A stretch of DNA of 64,000 nt, taken from positions 96,001 to 160,000 of the forward strand of contig CAXXFK010000020.1 of NCBI GenBank assembly GCA_963663965.2. Reading direction: 5' to 3'. The stretch comes from Sedimentisphaerales bacterium (GTDB lineage Bacteria; Planctomycetota; Phycisphaerae; Sedimentisphaerales; SM23-30). Below are positions 1 through 9,581 of this stretch, in pieces (position 1 is the stretch's first letter; each line of letters opens with the position of its first letter). The notes under the pieces were generated by a model, which was not told where the DNA came from, did no database searches, and saw only the letters and a list, made by a program, of their open reading frames with translations. A program made the position numbers and the translations under genes.

Positions 1-188
1 CTGCCATTATTGTCATCCGCATACATGATCCAAGTCATACTCAGGCTTTTCAGATTACTCAGACAGACGGTGCGTTTACCCTGTTCGCGGGCTTTACCGA
101 GCGCCGGCATTAAAATGGCAACCAGCAGAGCAATGATCGATATGACAACCAGTAGTTCGATCAGCGTAAAACCAGTTTTTCGTTTCAT
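1..188 (-). CDS. Prepilin-type N-terminal cleavage/methylation domain protein (DUF1559-like); 3' end runs off the window
   Basis: Manual translation from ATG at 188: MKRKTGFTLIELLVVISIIALLVAILMPALGKAREQGKRTVCLSNLKSL..., the class III signal motif GFTLIELLVV; GGAGA RBS upstream. Confidence 0.9.
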   Translation of the reverse strand, partial: MKRKTGFTLIELLVVISIIALLVAILMPALGKAREQGKRTVCLSNLKSLSMTWIMYADDNNG

Positions 189-699
189 ATAAAAGATCTC
201 CCAAGGCAATAACTACTCAACACCCATGCGACACGGCCGCATTCCGTTTCACATGTGAACAATAAATATTTAACCGCTTAACTTATTAAAAGTTTAAAAT
301 GCTTATTTTCTTAAATCTTTTAATTTAAATGAATTGGAAAAGATTTCCATAAAGTAAAGGGAGAGGCAGAGCAAACTACCCTTATAAATTATACCACTAA
401 CCGCAATTAAATACACCCTGTTTTGCGACAATTATTCGTCATTTTGCGACACAATAAACAAAAATTGCATTTTCAACTATTTCTGTGAACATTTTGTCCC
501 ATAATTTTCATTTTTCAATAGCCCGTATGAAGAAAGTGGCCTTATAACCGGTGTTATAAGCATAGAATTCTGTATTTTCGGGATGCCGGCTATTTTCGAG
601 GTATTTTTTTGCCGATTTTCTTTAAGCCAAAGCTTGGTTAATCCTGTGCGCCCGCACTCCCGATAACACTAGAGAAATTTGAGAGATGGAGATTCGCGA

Positions 700-1122
700 A
701 TGAAGACGTTGATTGTCGAGGATAATTTTGTAAATCGCAAATATTTATTACGCTTATTGCAGCCCTTTGGGGAATGTGATATTGCCGTCAACGGTCGCGA
801 GGCGGTCAACGCGTTTCAAGTATCTCTGGATTCCGGTCGCCCTTATGATCTGATTTGCATGGATATCATGATGCCGGAAATGGACGGTCAGGAAGCCTTG
901 AAGATAATCCGTCAGATTGAAGCAGACCATAAAATTCAGGGATTGGATGTGGTAAAAATCCTGATGACCACAGCCGTGGATGAACGAAAAATGATTCTTA
1001 ACTCGTTCGATATCGGGTGTGAAGGGTACCTGATCAAACCGATCGAACCCCAAAAGCTGTATCAGTCACTGAAAGAGCTGGGACTGATTGAGGAAAACAG
1101 TAATCCATTTCCTCAGAAATAA
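700..1122 (+). CDS. Single-domain response regulator (CheY-like receiver)
   Basis: LIVEDN, DLICMDIMMPEMDG, MTT and LIKP receiver motifs; GGAGA RBS before ATG 700. Confidence 0.92.
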   Translation: MKTLIVEDNFVNRKYLLRLLQPFGECDIAVNGREAVNAFQVSLDSGRPYDLICMDIMMPEMDGQEALKIIRQIEADHKIQGLDVVKILMTTAVDERKMILNSFDIGCEGYLIKPIEPQKLYQSLKELGLIEENSNPFPQK

Positions 1123-1380
1123 TCCGGCTGAATTCCATTCTCCACCCATCAGCCCCCCTTTTATTCATATCAGAGATTAATATTGCGGCTTCAGGCCGGG
1201 TATATAATTTAAAAAAAAGGTGATTTTTACCAGAATCGGGTTAAAATTCAGTGTCTATTAATCAGGAGGCACTCGTTTGTGGCTGTATGTAACCACTAGC
1301 GAACTGATTGCCTTCTGGAAAAAATTATGATATTTGCAGCAGCATTCCCAAACCAAACAGCATGAAAGGCACTGGCAACC

Positions 1381-2649
1381 ATGAAAATATTATTAGTGGG
1401 CAGCGGCGGGCGCGAACACGCGCTGGCATGGAAATTATCCAAATCAAAACTCTGCCGACATTTATATATCGCACCGGGCAATCCTGGCACCGCTCAATGT
1501 GGCAGTAATGTCGCCATCAGCGATAATGACATCCCCGGCCTGATCAGTTTCATTAAAGAAAAGAAGATCGATCTGGTGGTTATCGGCCCAGAAGATCCGT
1601 TGTCACTGGGTCTGGCGGATAAAGTGGAAGCGCTGGGTGTCAAGGTATTCGGACCCAGCGGCGCGGCGGCGGCGCTGGAAGCGGACAAAGTGTTCTCGAA
1701 AAAGATGATGGCCTCCTGTTCGATCCCTACTGCCGAAGCCCGTTGTTTTACCGACTTTCACGACGCCCATCAGTTTATCGCCAGCCGCGACCATGCCGTG
1801 GTCGTAAAAGCGGCGGGTCTGGCCAAGGGCAAGGGTGTCTTTGTCTGTGACGATCCATCTGACGCGTTGCTGGTTGCAGAAGACATCATGATAAACCGCC
1901 AGTTTGGCGAAGCCGGGGCCAGTATTGTCGTGGAGGAAAAACTGCTGGGACAGGAAGCCTCGATCCTAGCCTTTGTGGATGGCCATACGATTTATGTCAT
2001 GGAATCTGCACAAGATCATAAACCGATCGGCGATGGCGACACCGGGCCCAATACCGGCGGGATGGGCGCCTACAGCCCGGCCCCGATCGTTACGGATAAA
2101 ATTCTGCGTCAGATTGAAAAAGATATTCTGGTGCCGATTGTGGATGGCATGAACCGAAACGGCACGCCTTATAAGGGCATTTTATATGCCGGTTTGATGT
2201 TGACCGCGGCCGGGCCGAAGGTGCTGGAATTTAATGTCCGGTTTGGCGATCCGGAAACCCAGCCGGTTTTGTCGCGCCTGAAGTCCGATCTGGTTGAGGT
2301 TATGCTGGGGGTGTGCGATTGCACCCTGGACAAAGTAACCTTGAACTGGGATCCGCGACCGGCGGTTTGTGTGGTCATGTCATCAGGCGGCTATCCGGGC
2401 GATTACGAAAAAGGCAAGGTCATTACCGGAATCGAAGCGGCCGAGGCACTGGACGATGTCAGGGTGTTCCATGCCGGTACCGCGATGGATGGTGACAAAC
2501 TGGTCACCAGTGGTGGCCGGGTTTTGGGAGTCACGGCACTGGGCGCTACGATAGCTGAAGCCCAGCAACAAGCTTATCGCGCCTGCGAACAGATCCAGTT
2601 TGAAGGGGCGTATTATCGCAAGGATATCGGTGCGAAGGCTTTGAAATAA
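1381..2649 (+). CDS. purD: Phosphoribosylamine--glycine ligase
   Basis: MKILLVGSGGREHALAW, APGNPG, KAAGLAKGKGV, QDHK, GPNTGGMGAYSP, EFNVRFGDPETQ. Confidence 0.98.
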   Translation: MKILLVGSGGREHALAWKLSKSKLCRHLYIAPGNPGTAQCGSNVAISDNDIPGLISFIKEKKIDLVVIGPEDPLSLGLADKVEALGVKVFGPSGAAAALEADKVFSKKMMASCSIPTAEARCFTDFHDAHQFIASRDHAVVVKAAGLAKGKGVFVCDDPSDALLVAEDIMINRQFGEAGASIVVEEKLLGQEASILAFVDGHTIYVMESAQDHKPIGDGDTGPNTGGMGAYSPAPIVTDKILRQIEKDILVPIVDGMNRNGTPYKGILYAGLMLTAAGPKVLEFNVRFGDPETQPVLSRLKSDLVEVMLGVCDCTLDKVTLNWDPRPAVCVVMSSGGYPGDYEKGKVITGIEAAEALDDVRVFHAGTAMDGDKLVTSGGRVLGVTALGATIAEAQQQAYRACEQIQFEGAYYRKDIGAKALK

Positions 2650-2680
2650 TCGAAATCGTAGTGATTTTGTTCCATTCAGG

Positions 2681-3850
2681 ATGGCAGCCATGGCATCTCA
2701 ACGCCTGAAATTAACGATACTGACCGGAAGCTATCCGAATGTGCCCTGCGGAATTTCGCCTTATGTCGCCCAGATATTGCGGCGGCTGATCCGGCGGGAA
2801 CAACTCGATATTACGGTAGTCACGGGAACCGATTCGACTATCGACCGTAACGCGGTTGCCGGTTGCCGGGTCGTCGCCGATATTAAAAGCTGGGCGGTCA
2901 GGCATTTTCAGGAGATCGCCGCTGCGGTTTTACAACAGCAACCGGATATTGTGTTCATCCAGAATCCAACTGTCAACTATCCGGGGTTTAAGGCCCGGGT
3001 TATGAACCGGGTGGCAGCGGCGCTGAAGCATCGGGAACCAGACATCCGGCTGTGCGTCTTCCAACATGATATTGCCGTGAGCCATCCGTTGACACGCTGG
3101 CGTTACGATGGCCTGTTTCGGGCGGTTGACGCGATTGTGGTGTCCAATCAGCGCGACTGGCAGGCGATCCGGGACCGGGGCATCGCGGACGATAAAATTA
3201 TTAAGGCGCCTTTCAGCAGTTACTTTCAGATTCAAGGTTGCGATCCCGGTCAGAAGCAGGCGGCCCGCCGGCGAATGAGTATTCCTCCGGAAGCGGTCTG
3301 CCTGGTCTATTTTGGATATGTGGTGCCGGGCCGCTGTATTGACCAACTGTTGCAGGCAACTCGATTGCTGATTGATAGGGGATACCCGGTCCATACACTG
3401 ATCCTGGGAGGTCCGCACCCGGGTTCGCCGGATTATTTCGATCAATGCCGGGCGTTGGGTAACCGCCTTGGGCTGGATGGACACCTCATCTGGACAGGGT
3501 TTGCCGATGATCAGCAAGTCATCGATGGCCTGAACGCGGCGGATATATTTGTGAGTTTGCCCGAACGGGGCGCGGATATGCGCAACACCTCCATATTGAC
3601 GGGGATCCTGGCCGGGTTGCCGGTGATTACCAGCCGGAACGACCGATATTATCGGGATCCTGATCTGGAGGCTTTTGGATGCATAACGGTATCGCCCCGG
3701 CAACCCAGACAAATCACCCAGGCCGTTGCGGCCCTGATTGAAACCCCGGTCCGTCCGAAAGAACTGACTCAACGCGCGACCAGGCTCGAACCGGACAGGG
3801 TATGGGAAGCCCACATCGACATGTTGCTGCGGGCCTTCGGTCTGTCATAA
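2681..3850 (+). CDS. Glycosyltransferase, GT-B fold (family 4-like)
   Basis: N-terminal SYPNVPCGISPY, LVYFGYV, C-terminal AADIFVSLP...LAGLPVITS. Confidence 0.85.
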   Translation: MAAMASQRLKLTILTGSYPNVPCGISPYVAQILRRLIRREQLDITVVTGTDSTIDRNAVAGCRVVADIKSWAVRHFQEIAAAVLQQQPDIVFIQNPTVNYPGFKARVMNRVAAALKHREPDIRLCVFQHDIAVSHPLTRWRYDGLFRAVDAIVVSNQRDWQAIRDRGIADDKIIKAPFSSYFQIQGCDPGQKQAARRRMSIPPEAVCLVYFGYVVPGRCIDQLLQATRLLIDRGYPVHTLILGGPHPGSPDYFDQCRALGNRLGLDGHLIWTGFADDQQVIDGLNAADIFVSLPERGADMRNTSILTGILAGLPVITSRNDRYYRDPDLEAFGCITVSPRQPRQITQAVAALIETPVRPKELTQRATRLEPDRVWEAHIDMLLRAFGLS

Positions 3851-3867
3851 CGGCTGCCTCACGTCAA

Positions 3868-3896
3868 TTGACGCGGCCACCCGATTTTGTTATACT
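3868..3896 (+). promoter_or_regulatory. Putative sigma70 promoter of the xylanase gene
   Basis: TTGACG-17 nt-TATACT with TG extended -10, about 65 nt before ATG 3961. Confidence 0.6.
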
Positions 3897-3960
3897 ATAT
3901 AAGATCATGGAGGATCGCGTATCGAAACTGATGTCCCATAAAAACCAAGGGAGATTTTTC

Positions 3961-6240
3961 ATGAGAATTGAGACCGGCTGGAGATATTGGATCTTACTGG
4001 TGATACTGGCGGTCAGCATCCCTGCCTGGGGTACCAATATCTTAACAAATCCCGGATTCGAGAATGGCTTGACCGGCTGGTATTCGATGGGGTCAACGAT
4101 CTCGGTTTCATCAGTGAATCATTCGGGTGGGCATTCGGCTTATGTCAGCAACCGCACGCAGAACTGGAACGGAATCGCCCAGAGCCTGCTTAACAAAGTG
4201 GAAGAAGGCAAAACCTATAAGATTGGCGGCTGGGTACGTCTGGCCGATCAGGACCAGGCGGGTATCAGTCTGACCCTGCACCGCAAAAACCAGGCGGGGG
4301 AAGACAGTTGGCATCATGTCGTGGACGCTACCTGCTATCAGGACCGCTGGGTCGAGATCAAAGGCTATTATATCTTCGAAAATCTCACCGACCTGACGAC
4401 CTTGCAGCTTTATTTTGAGGGGCCCGGCGCGGGAGTTTCATTTTACGCCGATGATGTGATCGTGGAAGCTTATGTGCCGGATGACTGGAATGCGCGCGCC
4501 AACGCCCGGATCGAACAGATCCGCAAACGGGATATGAACCTGAAGATTGTTACCGCAGATGGCCGGCCCCTGGATCAGGCGTCGGTGCAACTGAGACAAA
4601 TCCGCCATCAATTCGGTTTTGGCACGGCTTTCAGTTCGGGTAATATCGACAATCCCGATTACTTGCAGTTTCTGCGTGACCATTATGAATGGGTCGTGCC
4701 GGAAAACGCCACAAAATGGACCCAGACCGAACCGGGTCAGGGTCAGTTACATTACAATACCCCCGATGAAATGGTGGAATTCTGCCGGGCCTGGAATATC
4801 TATATGCGGGGTCACTGCCTCTTTTGGAGTGTGCCGCAGTTTGTGCAGGACTGGGTAAAGGATCTGGATGACACCGATCTGCAAGCGGCCATGGAAGCAC
4901 GGCTCAATAGCGTGGTGCCCCGTTATGCGGACGATTTTTATCATTGGGATGTCAATAATGAAATGCTGCATGGCAGCTATTACGCCGATCGGCTGGGCGA
5001 TGGTATCCGGGCGTGGATGTTTCAGCAGGCCCAGGCGCTCGATCCAGACTGTCAATTATTTGTGAACGATTACAACATTCTCAACGGCGGTCTGGCGCCG
5101 GATTACAAATTGCAGATCGAGTCATTGATTGCCCAGGGCGCTCCGGTGGGAGGGATCGGGGTACAGGGGCACATGGGACCGGCTATTATCGGGGACTATC
5201 TCTGGGATCAGTTGGATATTCTCGCGGAAACCGGCCTGCCGATCTGGGTGACCGAATATGACGTTGATACTCCGGATGAGAATTTAAGGGCCGACGCGTT
5301 GGAAACATTCTATCGCACGATCTACAGCCATCCAGCCACCCAAGGCATTTTGATGTGGGGATTCTGGGAAAACGCCCACTGGCGAGAAAACGCGCATCTG
5401 GTCAATGCCGACTGGACCGTCAATGCCGCCGGTCGCCGGTATGAAGCGCTGCTGGAAGAATGGACATCACATGACCACCAAAACAGCAGCACGACGGGCG
5501 CGGTGGCTTTCCGGCCGTTTCATGGCGCCCACGAAATTCTGATTACCCATCCGGAACATGGTGTGACCTTAAAAACGCTGGAGATGGCGCCGGCGGATGA
5601 GCCGGTCCAACTGACTCTGCCTTGTGATAACCAGGGGCTGAGGTACGAATATTATGAAGGCAGCTTTGCAACTTTGCCCGATTTCGACACACTGACCCCG
5701 GTTAGCGCCGGCTATACCGGAACAGTCAATCTGCGCGTGGCTGATAAGGTCAACGATTTCGCTCTGCGTTTTCGCGGATATCTGTTTATCGAGACGGCCG
5801 GAAACTATATTTTCCGGCTGGGCAGTGATGATGGCAGCCGCCTGCTGCTGGATGGATTGGCGGTAATGAATAACGACGGGTTGCATGCCATGAAAACGGT
5901 GACAACGATGATACCGCTCAATAGCGGGATGCACGCATTCGAATTGCAGTTCATGCAGGGCAGCGGTAATATTGGACTGGAACTAACCATGGAAGGGCCC
6001 GGATATGATCGCGGGCCAATCACGGTTTCGCTTTTTTATAACCAACCGAAATTACCCATTGGCGATCCTGATCTGAGTGGCGATCTGGCAATTGACCTGA
6101 ACGACTTTGTGACGCTTTCAAAGCACTGGCAAAAAACAAACACATCCAGTTCCCAGGGGAATCTGGACCGGGTTGATACCATTAACACCAGCGATCTGAT
6201 GATTCTTACCAATCGCTGGCTCGATAGACAGACACCCTGA
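3961..6240 (+). CDS. Secreted endo-1,4-beta-xylanase: CBM4/22-like + GH10 + PA14 + dockerin-like tail
   Basis: Signal peptide; NILTNPGFENG CBM start; GH10 motifs PENATKW, RGHCLFW, WDVNNE, GIGVQGH, IWVTEYD; PA14 motif LGSDDGSRL..NNDGLH; DLSGDLAIDLNDF tail. Confidence 0.93.
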   Translation: MRIETGWRYWILLVILAVSIPAWGTNILTNPGFENGLTGWYSMGSTISVSSVNHSGGHSAYVSNRTQNWNGIAQSLLNKVEEGKTYKIGGWVRLADQDQAGISLTLHRKNQAGEDSWHHVVDATCYQDRWVEIKGYYIFENLTDLTTLQLYFEGPGAGVSFYADDVIVEAYVPDDWNARANARIEQIRKRDMNLKIVTADGRPLDQASVQLRQIRHQFGFGTAFSSGNIDNPDYLQFLRDHYEWVVPENATKWTQTEPGQGQLHYNTPDEMVEFCRAWNIYMRGHCLFWSVPQFVQDWVKDLDDTDLQAAMEARLNSVVPRYADDFYHWDVNNEMLHGSYYADRLGDGIRAWMFQQAQALDPDCQLFVNDYNILNGGLAPDYKLQIESLIAQGAPVGGIGVQGHMGPAIIGDYLWDQLDILAETGLPIWVTEYDVDTPDENLRADALETFYRTIYSHPATQGILMWGFWENAHWRENAHLVNADWTVNAAGRRYEALLEEWTSHDHQNSSTTGAVAFRPFHGAHEILITHPEHGVTLKTLEMAPADEPVQLTLPCDNQGLRYEYYEGSFATLPDFDTLTPVSAGYTGTVNLRVADKVNDFALRFRGYLFIETAGNYIFRLGSDDGSRLLLDGLAVMNNDGLHAMKTVTTMIPLNSGMHAFELQFMQGSGNIGLELTMEGPGYDRGPITVSLFYNQPKLPIGDPDLSGDLAIDLNDFVTLSKHWQKTNTSSSQGNLDRVDTINTSDLMILTNRWLDRQTP

Positions 6241-6439
6241 TTAGTTATCCCGATATGTAATTGCCAATCCTAGCCAACAACTTCAGGGCATGGGCACCAT
6301 TCCGACACCAAATTTTCAATATCATTTGATGGTTAAAATCACAATAACGCTTCAGCGCCAACCAAGCAACAATCCATGTATTGCAACCAGATGCGGTCAT
6401 ATAAAAATTACTCAAATTGAGATGATCAGGATATGAAAT

Positions 6440-6473
6440 AAAAAAACCGGACTTCTTTTTAAGGGAGTCCGGT
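6440..6473 (-). terminator. Rho-independent terminator of the prepilin-type gene
   Basis: ACCGGACTTC...GGAGTCCGGT stem with an adjacent A-run (U-tract on the minus strand). Confidence 0.75.
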
Positions 6474-6506
6474 CTAGATTGATCCGTTCATTTAAAACAC
6501 GAGTAA

Positions 6507-7349
6507 TTATACTCCACCATAGGCTCTCGAGAGGAATTGTAAATCCTTGTTGTCTTTACTCCACTGATCGTTGGAACTCGTTGCCGGTTTGGTCGGCAAT
6601 GTCGACAGTTCGATAGTTCTGGGATCGGTCCAGTTCATCATTTCGGCATGCCCATCGGCAAAACTCATGGTACCTTTCTTATTATGCCAGATCGCCATGA
6701 TATCCCACCAGTAACTATCGGTAATATAGTCAGGCAGCACAACATGTAAAACCCAGGAGCCAGCCAGCCAGTTCTGTTCCGGATGGTATTCTTCAATAAA
6801 AACCATTTTTTCGATGGGTGATTTAATCTGGCTTAACCGGGTATAAGCTTTCCTGGCATTATGACCCGGATTTGCATCTTCGCCATTCATCATACCACTG
6901 ATAGAATAAGTTCTGTAAGTGTCTTTAGGCGTCGGACGCTTGAAATTTTTATCACCAGGACAATTATAAACTTCATAGCTTTGAGTATATTTCCAAAGTT
7001 TACCCAGAAAAATACCATATTCCCGCAAATCCTGATTCACGTTTGCAGTGGTTGCCTGAAAGCCATTGAGATCGGTTGGGGTATAAGCCCAGGCGGCCTT
7101 GGTACCTGGCCAATCGAAATAATCGCCATTTTTATATCCAGATACGGTTCCCCCCACTAAATTATCATTATTTTCCTGAGCATACATGGTCCAGGCCAGG
7201 ATCAGGGCTTTTTGGTTACTTAGACAAACCGAACCGGTTGCCTGTTGGCGTGCGGCGTTCAGGGCCGGCATCAGGATGGCCACCAGCAGGGCGATGATCG
7301 AAATAACGACCAAGAGTTCAATGAGGGTAAAGGCATTTTGTTTTTTCAT
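6507..7349 (-). CDS. Prepilin-type N-methylation / H-X9-DG domain protein (DUF1559-like)
   Basis: MKKQNAFTLIELLVVISIIALL..., YNCPGD, C-terminal WHNKKGTMSFADGH. Confidence 0.92.
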   Translation of the reverse strand: MKKQNAFTLIELLVVISIIALLVAILMPALNAARQQATGSVCLSNQKALILAWTMYAQENNDNLVGGTVSGYKNGDYFDWPGTKAAWAYTPTDLNGFQATTANVNQDLREYGIFLGKLWKYTQSYEVYNCPGDKNFKRPTPKDTYRTYSISGMMNGEDANPGHNARKAYTRLSQIKSPIEKMVFIEEYHPEQNWLAGSWVLHVVLPDYITDSYWWDIMAIWHNKKGTMSFADGHAEMMNWTDPRTIELSTLPTKPATSSNDQWSKDNKDLQFLSRAYGGV

Positions 7350-7827
7350 GGTTGTCCCCAATAAAATGAGTTACATATCGATAGCTAGACTGATACTAGT
7401 TACTACTTTTTTTATACGCATCCCTGGGCTTGAACAAATGGAACGAACAGAGACTGGAGGCTTCTATACTATTATACTGCAATTTATCAAAAAGTGAGGA
7501 AAAAAACTTTCAAAATTTACCAATTGCAAATTATTGATTTAATTTTTTTGTAACGCGATCTATACCAGTATTTTGGTTGTTTAATAAACAAAAATATCTG
7601 ATTAAATAGCCTCGTTCTGGTGAATATTTACTGCTTTTTTAGCTGATAAATTGTCTACTCGGCACATGTTAGCGCCTGTCGATTATTATTGGAACATGGA
7701 GCTAACTTAAATGGATAGAACGTCTTATAATGATTTGCCCGGATGGCCTTTGGTTAACTTCAACTAACAGAAATGGGTCAAATTGGCCAATATCGGAAAG
7801 TCGCAAGAGCGCCGGGATGAGGTAGAT

Positions 7828-8000
7828 AAAAAAACGGGGTTGGCAGTAGATAATCACGCCATGCTATCTACTATCCAACCCACTTCTAGAGAAAATGTGT
7901 AGCCTAAATTTAGTTGATTCGCTTTTCATATTACCAAGGCGTTCAATAAGCCGGAATAAGATTTGTCTAACAAAACGACACAGAAAAAGCGAACTATCCA
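7828..8000 (-). ncRNA. Candidate small RNA or leader with its own promoter and terminator
   Basis: Minus-strand TTGACT-17-TAATAT at ~8030-8002; 9-bp inverted repeat 7918-7926/7985-7993; long terminator hairpin 7836-7881 followed by a U-tract. Confidence 0.4.
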
Positions 8001-8169
8001 GATATTAATATGACCGGGTATATAAGTCAATAGAATTATTGAAAAATAAAATTATTTTTGGGATATCTTGAGCCAGTTCGGCATTGATCCCACCAGCCAT
8101 TCTCCTGATAAAAACCAGGCACTTTAAGGTCCGGATAAGTTCTCATTCTCGATAACTATTATCGTGCTG

Positions 8170-9048
8170 TCAATCCTTGACAGTTCCTTCCCGAATCAGG
8201 GCATAGATATCATGTGGATGTTTATCGTATTGGGTAGCGATTGCCCGAATCGTTTGACCGGCTTCCGCTTCAATATCATTCGCCTTCAGATACGCAATAA
8301 CGCGATTGGCGTCCAGTTGGAATTCTGAACAAATCTGGCCAAGGGTTTTAGAGCCGGTTCCAGCCGGTGGTTCTTCCGGCAGAACCGTTTGGCCGGCCTG
8401 GATAATTTTTCCGGGTATTTCGGATAACGGCAGTTGACCGGCTGAACCTATAACGGCGTCTTTGATAAGATCATACACCTGCTGCGGGGCCATATTGTTA
8501 TTCAAGGCAATCTCTTTAAGGGTTTGATCGGCATTATCGAATTTGACGGCGGCGTTCTGCAAGCGTTGCTCGCAGCGGGCCAGGTCCAGGCCCTGCTTTC
8601 TGGCAAAAGATTTCAGTGTAGACAGTTCGGCATGGCCATACGGCGGTTCGCCATATTTTTGATCTCCCAGATCTTTAAAATGACCATTTAAATCTAACAC
8701 CAGGGAAAATGGCGGCCAGCGCCAGACCGTCCCCAGGCATACGGCGATCGAAAGAATCATCGCGACGATCAGTTCACCTTTGAAAAGCGTTATAGCCTTA
8801 GCTTTGTTTTTCAGGTAAATCGTGATCGCTTTCCAATTGAGTATCGTATGGATTATACTCAAAAATACAAACAGAACGCCTGAATTGATATGTAATTCGG
8901 TCCAGAGATCCTTACCCATTCCCCAAAGTGACCAGTTGGCCCAGTAAGCGACCCTGCCATGCGGAATGACATATAAAACTATCGAAGTCACCATCAACAG
9001 GGCAAATATCAACAATAAGGTTAAAGAAATAATTTGTCTGAATTTCAT
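8170..9048 (-). CDS. DUF4405-type membrane protein with a duplicated helical C-terminal module
   Basis: Three N-terminal hydrophobic helices with PHGRVAYW and WTELH...IIHTILNW; two similar C-terminal units (TLKEIA..NNMAPQQVYDLIK and TIRAIA..YDKHPHDIYALIR). Confidence 0.75.
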   Translation of the reverse strand: MKFRQIISLTLLLIFALLMVTSIVLYVIPHGRVAYWANWSLWGMGKDLWTELHINSGVLFVFLSIIHTILNWKAITIYLKNKAKAITLFKGELIVAMILSIAVCLGTVWRWPPFSLVLDLNGHFKDLGDQKYGEPPYGHAELSTLKSFARKQGLDLARCEQRLQNAAVKFDNADQTLKEIALNNNMAPQQVYDLIKDAVIGSAGQLPLSEIPGKIIQAGQTVLPEEPPAGTGSKTLGQICSEFQLDANRVIAYLKANDIEAEAGQTIRAIATQYDKHPHDIYALIREGTVKD

Positions 9049-9581
9049 GATCTGTCTCTCTTAACGTAATGATGCTTAAATCAACAATCGAGCCTGTAAA
9101 TCAGAATACATTAAGCAAATTTATCGATCTGAGTAAAGAGTGATCAGGAAACCGGGTATTAAAACTGACCATTTCAAATACGAATTGCTCGCTTAACATA
9201 TATATTATAATTGTCGGCCAAATCTATCATTCGCTTGATTTTTTTGGTTAAAATGTAAAAAGTCTTTAACTCATCGAATTCCAATTCGAAAAACAAAACA
9301 GCGGCGCCGGTGCCATCAGATCAAATAAGTATCTATAACATAATACTTTATCACTTAAACCCTATTGAATTGATACTATCGGCCCTATCGATAGGAATCA
9401 GGCGATTAATCACCGATCTCAAAATATTGTTGCAGAACCGTGCAGGGGATGATATCATGAATTTACAAAAGTCAATATAAAAACATGTCAGGTATTGACT
9501 CACGGTGTTCTGGAATACTTAAATATAACAGACGATCCATATATCAATTTTAATTTATCATTTTAGGAACGAGGTTATGTT

